64,000 bases of DNA from Heptranchias perlo (Eukaryota): contig NC_090341.1 in the NCBI RefSeq assembly GCF_035084215.1, positions 15,686,001-15,750,000 of the forward strand, in the 5' to 3' direction. The notes beneath the pieces are model-generated. The model ran no database searches and had not been told where the DNA came from. It saw only the letters and a program-made list of their open reading frames with translations. Shown here piece after piece: positions 38,101-48,957 of the stretch (positions are counted from its first letter, which is position 1; every line of letters starts with the position of its first letter). The translations under genes were made by a program, and so were the position numbers.

Positions 38101-41100
38101 GGAACCTGTTCATGCCTGTAAATAAATAAATAAATAGATAAATGAGATATGAAATTATATCTTCACTCAAAAGCACACACTAACCTTATTCAGCTCACTA
38201 CATAGAGATTTTCTTGGGTTTTTATCTTGCAATTTGACCACTTTTTTCTGTTTCTTTAAAGCGGAATTCTGCCAAGAGATAAAATGTATAGAAATTTCTA
38301 AAGTAGAATGTTAAAATTCATAAAGTTCAGTATACATTTGCCACTACAAGAACTGAAAACATTAAGCCAGACAAATTCGTACCTTATGTTGCTTCTCATT
38401 TATTTCTGGGTCTTTCTTTTTAGCTTCAAGTTTCCTTTTCTTTGCAACTTCCTTCTGTCTGGCAAGCTTCTGTTTCTGCTTCAGCTCTTCAAGCTAAAAG
38501 AAATCAAGTGCAAAAGACTGCTATGGTGCATTTGTAAAATTGTGTATTTTGAGTAACTCCCGTCTAAAACAGCTTGGTTGTCATTCCAACATTTTAGTGC
38601 CTTACCCAAATTTATTGGTTTGATTTCATTTTGTGAATTTATCTTCATTTCTAGAATCATCATTCACATTAGGAATGGCACCTCAAAACACTATAAAATG
38701 TTTAATCTAAATTATATGCAGCATCATATTATTATTCATGAACCTTAAATCAGCATTGGATGTATCTGATTCACAGTAGACTGCCTTCGCTTTTAATGCT
38801 GATTCATAAAATTTTGGCACGCAACTGTCGGTAAGTTATTGGCCCAAAAATTGCTGTCAAAATAATGGCGTGGCTAATGGCGCTTGCCGTTATTCATGTA
38901 AAAAGCCACAGCAACTTCAGGCGAGGGCAAGTGCGCGATTAAACGCGGAAATCAAAAAGCTGCTGTGGGAGACTGTGGATGAGGCTCCATCTGACTCTCA
39001 GGTGGACACAAAAGATCCCATGGCATAATCAAAGAAGAGCAATGACATTCTCCCAGTGTTCTGGACAACATTTATCCATCAACCAACATCCCAATAAAAG
39101 ATTACCTAGTCATTTATCTCATTGCTCTTTGTGGGACCTTGCTGTGCACAAATTGCTGACTGTATTTCTGTACATTATAAGTGGCAAGATTTCAAAAAAA
39201 GTAATTCAATGCAAGGGCTAGTTGCTTCTTTCCCTCAGATTGCAAGACTGCCTGCTCCACCTGAGCGAAATCAGCATCTCATTGTCTGGCTCCCATTCAA
39301 ATACATTGCACGGCGCAAAGTTCCTGTATTTGCGCCGTAGATATGAACTAAACTTGCCACAGAAAGTTAGGGCTTGTCCATTTCAGTCTAAGTACCCTTT
39401 TAATGGCGTGATGAGTGTTAACTACTGCCAGTCAACCTCTCTGGCACTGAAAATTAACTATTACAACTGTTGAGTCTCATTCCTTCAGGTTAATTGTTGT
39501 TGGAGATTTAATTTTAAAAATTTAAATGTAAATTTTTAAAAAACCTTTGTTTTGTCTCTTTTTTTCTCTCAATCAAATCTTTCTTTCCCTCTCTATTTCT
39601 TTCTGTACCTGATTTGTCATTAAATTCACCATTCTAACTTACACTTTCTTGTTCAGTCCTTGCACTGTTCATTTAACAATCCTTCCATCTGATTCTTTAA
39701 GGTGATACAGTTTTTCCTCTGTTCACTTAGATCCAATGCCCTGTAGAGGGTGCCGAGCTGTTTCTATCTCCCACTTCTGGCAACTTGCAGGACAAAATAT
39801 TGTCGATATTAAATGGGCAAGGACAAGTCTAACTAACAGTGGGTGCCGTTTGTTGGCCTGCCACAGCAATTTTTGGGCCAATGTTAAAAAAAAACCTCAA
39901 TTGTCTCTATACCAGTGTCTATAGTTAAATTAAAAGCGCAAAACGTACACATATACCAAGTTCCTCTTTCTCTTCTACCCCCCTCCCACTATCCCAGCTA
40001 TGTCCAGAAGTACCACAATATCCCAGATAACTTTAGGAAGTTGGGTACTGACAGCCACGTTGAGTTTGTAGAATTTATAACATATACTTCAAGCTGTCAG
40101 CCACCTCAAATTATTCTGGGGGAATTTGGAATGCAGAGATCACCAATTTAGGTAATAAAAACAAGAATAAATTCAGACACATACATACATACAATCAATC
40201 ACATGAAATATCATGAAAACTGGAACTGAAGCCTGCCAAGTGCATACAAAGTACTACAGAATATCAAATATTTCTACATAAACAGAGATCTTACTTTTTG
40301 TTTTCTTTGTTCAGCTTCTCGAAGAATAGCCTCTTTAAATGGAGCATCATTAGGAACACCTGGGTCCTTTCTGGATTTTTTACTTTTACTTCCCTGTTTC
40401 TTTGCTTCCTTTCGTACTTTCCGTTTATGTTCACGAACCTGTACACAGTTGAAATATTAGCAATGCTGTTCTAAAAAAAGGTTCATCAAATTAGGTGAGG
40501 CATTCTATACAGAGACTATATAGCCACTCTTGTTGTATATTTGTTTATTTAGCACATTATTCATTACGGTGTTACTTTGGATAAGACATTAAACTGAGGA
40601 CCCATTTGACTCTCGGGTGGACATGTAAGATCCCATGGCATAATCCAAAAGCAACGGCATTCTCCCAGTGTCTGGCCAACATTTATCCTTCGACCAACAC
40701 CCCAACAAAAGATTATCTGGTCATTTATCTCATTGCTCCTTGTGGGACCTTGCTGTGCAGAAATTGGCTACTGTATTTCCATACGTGGTAAGTGACCAGA
40801 TTTTTACAAAAATACTTCAGTGTCTCTGAAGCACTTTGCGATGTCCTAGAGACATGAAACGCACTATATAAATGCAAGTTCTTTCTTACTAATAAAGAGT
40901 GTTCTGCAACAATAGCACTGTTTTCCTTTGGATAGATGGCACTTATTTGGAAGTTATAAAAGGTTTCCAGGAATGTCAACATCTGCAGGGAGTCCCTTAC
41001 ATTAAAAAAAGGCTTGAACGTCACTGATTTAAGTGATCCAAGACAAAATACAGTATGCCAAATAGTTTATACCATTATTGCACCATAATATTGGTTACGG

Positions 41101-43128
41101 CTCAGAACAGTATAAAACACCCTTGGAAGTTATCAGCAAGACTGTAAAATAAAATGATTAAAAAAGGCCATATAGCACATTATGATGCGCAAATTGTCTT
41201 TGAAATATCAACAATGAGACAACTGCACACAAATTCAAGCATAGAAAAGTTAGCATCAGAATTTTTCATGCTAAAGGTACATAGATCAAATACAGAAATT
41301 ACGTAGAAATTGTAACACGAAAACAGGCCAGTCCGTATTGATGCTTAGCCTCAAGATGAGCATTAATCTTAATTCCACATGCCCACCCTGTCCTCGTATT
41401 CTTTTATTCCATGTTCCTTCAATCACCTATCTAACCTATTCTTAAATGAGACATGATCTCTGCTTCAATCACAAACTCAGGTAGTATATTTCACAAACTC
41501 TCAACCTTCTGTGGAAAACAAATGCTTCTCCTGCACTGTCCTAAATCTCATATCTGTTCCTTTTTCTAGACCTCACAATCATTGGATTTACTCCATCCCT
41601 TCTATTCATAATTTTAAACACTCTTTATCAAATCGCCCCATAATCTCTGGTCAAATGAAAACAGCCACAATTTTCCCAAGTCATATTTGTATTCCTCAAA
41701 TCAGGCAGCATTCTAGTGAATTTGCACTGGGCTCCACTGTCGCAACATCCTTCCTATAGTGTGATGTCCAAAACGGCACACTACTCAAATCGTGGTCTAA
41801 GAGTTTATATACGAGCATATACAAAATTGACGGGCAACAAAAGACCAGCTGGTCCATCAAGCCTGCCCTACAACATGATGACCAGACCATCATGGCTAAA
41901 CACTTCTTCCCTCCCCCAACCTCCCACCCGTGTAATATCCTGGGCGAGGCAAGAAACAGAAAATACACTCTGTAAAATTCCTCTCCGACCCCCTCAGCCG
42001 ACCGAAACCAATCCAGATCATCACATGGACCAAGTGTTGTCTATAAAAGACACTTATCTTCTGAGCGATCTGTGCCCCAGTCAGGAACCGGTCCAGCTCC
42101 CTCTTGAAGGCATGCAGTCATCACCCACACCAGCAGGCCATGTATTCCAGAGACTCATAGTTCTCTGGGAAAAGAACCGCCTATCACCCAGTCTATTCCT
42201 ACTCTTCCATAGTTTAAACTCGTGTCACCTGGACCTTCCCAACCTGTTAAACTGGAATAACCTATCAATAGGGATGCTATTATTTTATAGAGCTCTATCA
42301 GGTCACCTCTAAGTCTAAGCTGCTCTAAAGTAAATAGACCAAGGTCCTTGAGCCTATCTGAGTAGCTGAGGTTCTTTAAGCTAGGAATCATTCTTGTAGC
42401 TCTCCTCCAGACCGTTTCCAAAGCCTCTACATCACCATGTCAGAGGACCAAAACTGGGTATTCTAGCTGCAGTCTGACCAGCAAGCTGCATAGTGTCAAA
42501 ATGATGTCCTTTGATTTATACTAAATATAAATTCAGGGTTTCTCCTGACTTTTATATTCCGTAAAACCCAGCAATCCATGAGCTTTTTTACTGACCTTTC
42601 TCTACAACAGTGACTACAATTAAAAAATACTGGGTTAGGATTAGATGAAGTAGGGAGGAGGCTTGTGTGGAGCATAAACGCCAGCATCGATCAGTTGGGC
42701 CGAATGGCCTGTTTGTGTGCTGTAGTTTGGTTGGCTGCGAAGCGCTTTGTGACAACCTGAGGTCGTGAAAGACGCTATATAAATGCAAGTTCTTTCTTTA
42801 TCCACTTTTAATATCGTATGAACATACTTAAAAGACATCTTACACACTTGAAAAAAAAATGAGCAACGCGGCCAATGCTGGGCCCTGCGCCACCAAACTC
42901 ACAGCAGCATCACTCGTGGCCCCTCACCATGGCTCTCACACTCACCTTTTTCTGGATCTTAAACCGCTTGTGGCAAGAGAGGCGCTTGCTGGCCTTTTTT
43001 AACTCTATAAGAAATGCAATAAAAATAGAAGGCGTCAAATAATATTAACTTCCGTGAGCGAAATAACCGAATATACCAAGTTATAAAAGTCGCTGCCCCG
43101 CGCCACGATACTCACTCGGCCGCTTCAT
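26190..43128 (-). CDS. GNL3: Guanine nucleotide-binding protein-like 3 / nucleostemin (complete, 15 coding exons)
   Basis: Exons 43116-43128, 42946-43004, 40295-40438, 38383-38493, 38185-38268, 37539-37674, 37293-37396, 36312-36453, 35748-35835, 34851-35028, 34005-34147, 33635-33771, 29404-29564, 26768-26879 and 26190-26320 join in frame: [52 protein letters not shown] (G4), GFPNVGKSS (G1), DSPS (G3), acidic tail, [10 protein letters not shown]. Circularly permuted GTPase order; synteny and intronic SNORD19 support GNL3. Confidence 0.96.
28103..29140 (-). mobile_element. CR1 LINE 3' portion
   Basis: ORFs 28957-29163 ([19 protein letters not shown]) and 28191-28841 ([30 protein letters not shown]) plus 3' tail. 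Confidence 0.92.
31313..31975 (-). mobile_element. L2-type LINE 3' end
   Basis: ORF 31609-31902 [41 protein letters not shown]; L2 tail TTGCATTTATATAGCGCCTTT on +. Confidence 0.85.
32760..33155 (-). mobile_element. Deu-domain tRNA-derived SINE (SacSINE1-like); fragments also at ~19010-19200, ~38980-39199, ~40575-40885 and ~42600-42800
   Basis: tRNA-like head (CTCAGTGGGTAGCACTCTTGCCTCTGAG..GGTTGTGGGTTCAC), central ATTGCTGTTTGTGGGACCTTGCTGTGTGCAAATTGGCTGCC block, L2-like tail in other copies. Family name from recall. Confidence 0.75.
34669..34742 (-). ncRNA. SNORD19: C/D box snoRNA, SNORD19 family (18S Gm683 guide)
   Basis: Minus strand: AGTGAGA terminal stem, C-like box ATGAGGA, D' CTGA, guide AAAGATCCAACT directly before D box CTGA, closing TCTCACT. 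The guide complements 18S AGUUGGAUCUU. In a GNL3 intron, the known host. Confidence 0.85.
35153..35226 (-). ncRNA. SNORD19: C/D box snoRNA, SNORD19 family
   Basis: TGAGTGAAA/TTTCACTCA terminal stem, C-like box ATGAGGA, D' CTGA, and the same GACTGCTAAAGATCCAACT-CTGA 3' end as the 34.7 kb copy. Confidence 0.87.
35904..35972 (-). ncRNA. C/D box snoRNA, diverged SNORD19-like
   Basis: Perfect C box GTGATGA, D' CTGA, D box CTGA preceded by TAATTCAACT (degenerate SNORD19 guide), TGAG/CTCA stem. About 70 nt upstream of a GNL3 3' splice site. Confidence 0.65.
37165..37243 (-). ncRNA. SNORD19: C/D box snoRNA, SNORD19 family
   Basis: AACTGC..TGAAA/TTTCA..GCAGTT stem, C box CTGATGA, D' CTGA, C' GTGAAGA, guide TAAGATCCAACT before D box CTGA. 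Confidence 0.85.
38841..39879. mobile_element. Harbinger-type MITE with perfect TIRs and an internal captured segment
   Basis: GGCCCAAAAATTGCTGT (38841-38857) and ACAGCAATTTTTGGGCC (39863-39879) form a perfect 17-bp TIR; flanks are ATT and AAT. Confidence 0.8.
41300..42480 (-). mobile_element. Cluster of old CR1-type 3' fragments; related fragment at ~30270-30585
   Basis: ORF 42155-42421 [41 protein letters not shown]; ORF 41696-41968 contains FWTSHYRKD. Confidence 0.7.
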
Positions 43129-43550
43129 GCTGTCTTGCTGGGGGACCACGTGACTCGGCTCCAACCGGCCGAGCGCCTGCCTGCCTGCCTGCCGTAAACG
43201 CACATGCGCCACGTTAGTGTCGCCAATACATTATCGGATCAGCTTTACGGCTGTGGCGCCGGTGGTGGAGATAGGGGAAGGGGAGAGAGAGAGAGAGAGA
43301 GCAGATTGTTGTAGTTATTATTATACATTCTTTCGGGATCCTCCAAGTAGGGTAAGGACGGCTTTGGTTGCTGTGCTTCACTGAGACGCGTAATGTGTAG
43401 AGATTGTGTTTTGGAGAGTTTTTCGTATCCTGTATTGCGCGGCTGCGATGGTGCCTATGACGCGCAGGCCGCTTTTTCTTTTGTTGTGTCAATCAGGTCC
43501 CCGGACCCCAGACTTCAGCGCATCATCCGCGCGGGTGGGCTGTGTCGTTC
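43129..43550. promoter_or_regulatory. CpG-rich bidirectional promoter region of GNL3 and PBRM1, with E-box
   Basis: CpG-rich island around GNL3 exons 1-2; CACGTG at 43147-43152; (GA)n tract. + strand donors near 43352 (GTAAGG) and 43771 (GTAACT) are candidate ends of non-coding PBRM1 exons. Confidence 0.6.
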
Positions 43551-44500
43551 ACTCAAATCATTTCATTCAGTATTTTAATGTTTTTGTTTTGCACATGTGG
43601 AAGGGGTAAAAAAAAAACAAGGGTTTTTAAGTTGGATTTTTTTTTTAGCCAGTTCTTTTTTCCTGTGGTGTGAATGAAATGTATCCGCCCGCAACGTGCA
43701 GATAACATTGCAGAATACGTTTATATCCAGGGATTGAATGTACATTTGACGTGTTTATTCATACAAGAAGGTAACTTGTGAGTCATCTGGCATCGCTTTC
43801 AAGGGGATTTTTAAACAAAAATAATTAGTTGTGTACAATCGATAAATAAAATTTGCTGGTGATAGAAATTAGGACTAGAACACTTCCCGATTGGGGGAAC
43901 AAACTACCTTTTGACGGTTGCTGTCATGGGAACAACTACATAAACATGTTTACATTGCTGAAATGTTACTTCACTAAAGAAATACAAACAGCTGCCCAAT
44001 GAAACCATATGTTTTATTGGCGATTTTGTCGATCTGGAAAACTTTGCTGGAAATGTTATTTCAAATTCGGTCAGACTTAGCAAAGGGTTCTCTTTTTATC
44101 TTGTATTTAATCAAAGTCTACTAAGATTCACAGAGCAAGAATAATGTTTAGCAAAAAATAAACTCAACTAAAGATGGTAATAAACCTGTTGAAAATTTTC
44201 AGACAAGAGTGACCCATTAGGCTATAAGGAAAAGAAAATTGACAGTTAACGTATACTACATCAAAATTGTAGACAAATAATTTCACCAACGATCCTGGAT
44301 ATTTGTCATTTATTTATTGACCCTGCAATAACTTAATAGTTATCAACATTTCTTTTTGATTCCAAACTATAGACATTATACTGCTTCCATCTCTGAATGA
44401 CTTAATTCCTAATGAACTTCTTCACAATTACCTCCAGAGACTATTTCATACGGAGGCAGTTTGCATTTGAGCACTATATAAAATTTGGTCTTTCCCATAA

Positions 44501-44787
44501 TATGGGTGTCCAAACTACAGCCTGTGGGCTAATTGCAGTCTATAAGCTCTAGGCAATTTGTTTTTATTATTTGTTGGTTTTTCCTGTTTGAATTTTGTGG
44601 GTCTGGTAATTGGGAAAGGGCTCTAAACTCTGCTGCTTCAATGGTGGACTAATCCTAAATCAGTATACCAAGATCTGATAGTATCCACAACTTTAGTATA
44701 TACATTAATAGCTGATATAACTTTATATATGAGGCTCCTTGGTACAGATCCATGTGGTCCACAAATCAAAAGGCTTGGCCACTCCTG
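44501..44787. mobile_element. hAT-Charlie-like MITE remnant
   Basis: Ends TATGGGTGTCCAAACT / GGCTTGGCCACTCCTG resemble CAGGGGTGTCCAAAC-type TIRs; CCATAA occurs in both flanks. Confidence 0.5.
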
Positions 44788-47775
44788 CCATAAAACAGCT
44801 AGTTAAGAAAAACAGCCACATGAAAAGTTTGTTGCTAATACAGTTAAGTCAGCAGGCTTGAAACTTTGACTTGACAGTTGCAAAAATTATACACAAGTGG
44901 AAATGACTGTTCTGGTATAGTGTTTGTTTTTTCTCTGTAGTTTAAGCATCACAAGGGGGACATTGCTATCCCCTGCCTACCACAGCAAAACTTTGATTTT
45001 TCTCACGTGAACTGAGACAGGCATGTAAAAGAAATTTGGGGGGAAAACTGGGAAAATCAGCAGAGCAAACCTTTACAAGGAAGCATGAAAACTTTCTTTG
45101 TATGTGGTCAAGCATTATAATATATGAAGGTAGGATGTTGCAGTCTGATTTTTGTTGCCCCCCCCCAAATGTCCTGTGGTCATGGAGCATTCTTGTATCC
45201 AATTTACTGCTTCCAGATATCAAAATTCACATATGAATTTAATTGTAAAAGGAGTAGTTTCATGAATGAGAAAATAAGGGAAAAATATCTGGTCTGCTGT
45301 AACTGTGTCGCTTTCCCATGTATTGTTTCTCCGCCTGACCCCACTACCCTATTTGTTGTACAAGTATTAACTGAAGAAAATCAAAAGAAGAACAAAGAGG
45401 GGAAAAAATTGTGAATGTGCAGTTCTTTTAAAAATTGCTTGGAAGTTGTAGGAGTGAGTATTGTTTTTAAGTGCACAAGATTCAGGCATCATTTCTGTGT
45501 GTCCATTTTCCCCACATGCTTTCAACTTGGTGCAGGCCTCAGAGGTTGGGAGTTTCTCAGTTATTTTACAAAACTGAAGTTGGACTAGACGGACTTTGCA
45601 TATGAATCGGACGTCCTTTTGTCCTAATGTGGTGTTTCCAAGTGAGCACTTTCCCTTCTGTTAAATTATATTTTTACAAGTACCCTATTGTACATTTGCC
45701 TATGAAATAATGTTAAGTAACTTAATACTGGTGTATGGTATTGTTAAATTGAACTTGATGGTTGTTTGTATATTGGGAAAACCTATTGAAGGGCTTCAGG
45801 GTTCTCCCCAGATAAAAAGGAGGAAAAAAGTAAATCCTACTTGCTGTGAGTGACTGGCCAGGGATTTGTGAAATTATTGGTCCCCTTTTAATCATAAATA
45901 ATTGAGAGAAAAAAGCACAACTGTATGAAGTTGCTTGGAACCTATTATTTTAAATGTCAAATCTACACAATAAAGATCCAGCACTCCCAAATTGTTCCTT
46001 TTCCTAACCAAGAAGTAAAAAAGTCTAAAGTAAAAGAGATGATAGCTTGCTTTGCCTTCCCCATTGCTGAAGAGAACCCTTTGTTCTTGAGGACAGTGAT
46101 CTTACTTTACATAAGTTATACTTACAATTTGCTGCTTAATGTTTATATTAGTCTTTTACATGTATGTAAAATTATTCATATAGAAGCTAAAAATTCAGAT
46201 AATCAATGTTCTTTATCATGTTAGATGAAATTCTACCACATGCTACTTATTGCATAAACACAAACATTTTTTTTACTATTTGTTCTCGGGAAGTTAGCTA
46301 TACTGGCATGGCTGCCTTGAACCTCTGATGATGGTACTTCCACAATGGTATAATTAAATCAGATAAAGGAAAGAAACAGTGGAATTACTCACTGAATGCC
46401 TGCTGAAAGTGTGTTTCTATTTGATTCCAATACACTGTTTGAGGAATACAAATGAACATTCTTTATTTTACAATACTCGATATGAACACCTGCATGATTT
46501 CATTGTTTTTGGTTATCGGACTCGCTAGTGCATTATAGTAGGAATGAAGCCATTTCCATTAGGTGGTTTGACACCTCTTCGAGCCACAGTAGAAGTTCTG
46601 CCCGCCTACGTTCAGCTGCAGCTGGATGACTGCACTGCACCCAAAGCACCATGAACAGCACCCAGCAAATGACAGTTGTTTGTTTTTGCTCACAGACTTC
46701 AGTTTATATACTACAAAATAGAGCACAGTGCTTTTGGTGCAACATTTCAATTTTACACTCAGAATGTTGGCATTGTTTGTGCATGAAAGTTCACACATAG
46801 GTGCATCACCATGCTGACATCAATAATATATAACATATCTAGCAAGTCAGCAATGGCTTTCTGAACTTAAAAGAACTTCACAAGAGCAGAGGGAGATAGA
46901 GCCACAGTCTGTCTGGTGTGTACTCAGACCTGAACTGGTCGCAGACCAGTGGGTGTTGTATAACTGACCTAAAATAAGTCTGATTTTTTTGCCTCTATTA
47001 CTTTGCGTGCCAGATTATTCTAAACATTTAGCACTCTTTGAGCAAAGAACTTTCCTGATACCTGTTCCAAATTTACTCTTCAATCATTTCCATTTAATTC
47101 TACTTTCTTGGTAGTAATAATCTGAGTTTGCCTCATCTACACTTTTTAATATTTTATATACTTCAACATGTATGCTGCTAGAATGATTATTATATAGGTT
47201 CAGAAAACTTTTAAGTTGTTGATGAGTGCCAATCTACGGTGTGAATTTCTGGTGTAAGAAGTGTGATTCTGATACAGCCTGAGCTCCATGCCCATAATAA
47301 CATATCAAAACAGGTTCTCTTTTATAATTATGAAATATGCATTGAGGAGACATAATCTGCATGAAGGACCCTAGAGCTTTGTGCTGCTTTGTAGAAAATA
47401 GTGCTCCTTCCAGTATGAATGAAATTGGATGGGGAGACTATCAGCCTGGAAAATTTTAATTGTTTGATAGGCCAAGAGTTCCTGTTATTTGTTGCACTTC
47501 AGGATTTGTAAAAAAAAAAGTGTTCTGATTTTAGCTTTTAATAGTTTGAGTTGGATCCAAAAACAGAAGTTGATGCATGTTGTAAGCTACTAAATAAAGT
47601 TTACCATTAAATGCATTCATGATATTGAGAAGAAGTAGGTATTCAAAATCTAATAAAGTGATTGACAGAATGACTTGTGTTTTATGATACAAAGACTATG
47701 AGTATCCATGTTTGTTTTCCTTTGAGTGAACTCACTGTTGAACACCTTATTTTTAAAGATATTACCAAAGTTCCT

Positions 47776-48916
47776 ATGGGTTCAAAAAGAAAAAGGGCCA
47801 CTTCTCCTTCAAGCAGCATTAGTGGTGGAGACTGTGATGATGGGCATCCTGTTTCTGGAAGCACCTCAGGATCAAGCAGAAAAAGAAGAAAAATTTCCAA
47901 TGTTCCAACTGTAGATCCAGTAAGTTTGACTATAAGGGGTAGAAGTGAATGCTTTCTATATTCCTGTTAATTTCTCTAAGTAAATGTAATTACCTTCTTT
48001 GTCCAGACTGGTTCAGTTTTCTGGACATTTATTTTTTTTGTTACAGAAGACTGGTGGCAAAATTTCAATAATAAAAGAAATGCTGAAGTTTATTTTTGGT
48101 ACTTTCCTCATTCACTGGTCAATTATCAGATGTACTGGTTGAATAATGTCATCTGAATCATTTGGCATTAGATTTTCACCTTATTTTACTTTGCCTGTGT
48201 AAAGAAAGGAGATAAGTGATGTAAACATGTTTACCATTTACTTGGTAAACCAATGCGTTACTTTTGCAAACCTTCTGACTATATAATTATTCTGCTGTAT
48301 TATAGATCTACCTATTACAGATTAAATTTGGTACGTGGGGTGCATGTTTCACTGAAAACTCATTAAGTACGGCAGGTGGCATTGTGATAGGTGTTTTCAA
48401 TATTAAAGGTGTTGCATTTCCCTGTTGCAGCTTGTGTCACTCACAATAGCTGTAACTTTATAGTGAGCAAACATTGCCTTATGATTGTGCAATCTGGCCA
48501 CCATGTTTCCACAAATCACTCAAAATGCTTTCTGATTTTTTTTCTTTCATCTGCCGTTTTTTTCAGTAACTGAAATGTCTAATGAGCAAGGCAAGGATTT
48601 AAACAAAATTAAAATTACTTGTTTCATTATAACATCATTAAATTTATCCACTGAATTGTCTTTTCCCCCTTTTAATGCCTTCATTAAGTTTTTTACTTAA
48701 AAGTCTCAGCCTTTCCCAAAAGCCTAGGCTTTGGCTTGATATCTTTGCTCAGAGCTTTGACTCTGTGAGCTGAATTTGGATTGTGCAGTCTGAGCATGTG
48801 TTGTGTGCTTCATTTCCCAGGATGCACCAATACCAGTCAGTCAGCTGCACTGGTGGATTATTCTAGCAGAAAAGCTAGGGGGCAAATCTCATTTGTTTCT
48901 TTATTTGTTAAACAGA

Positions 48917-48957
<41 letters not shown>

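Noticed and set aside
38581-38670. C-box-like ATGATGA on the minus strand of a GNL3 intron
   Set aside because: No D box or terminal stem at a suitable distance.
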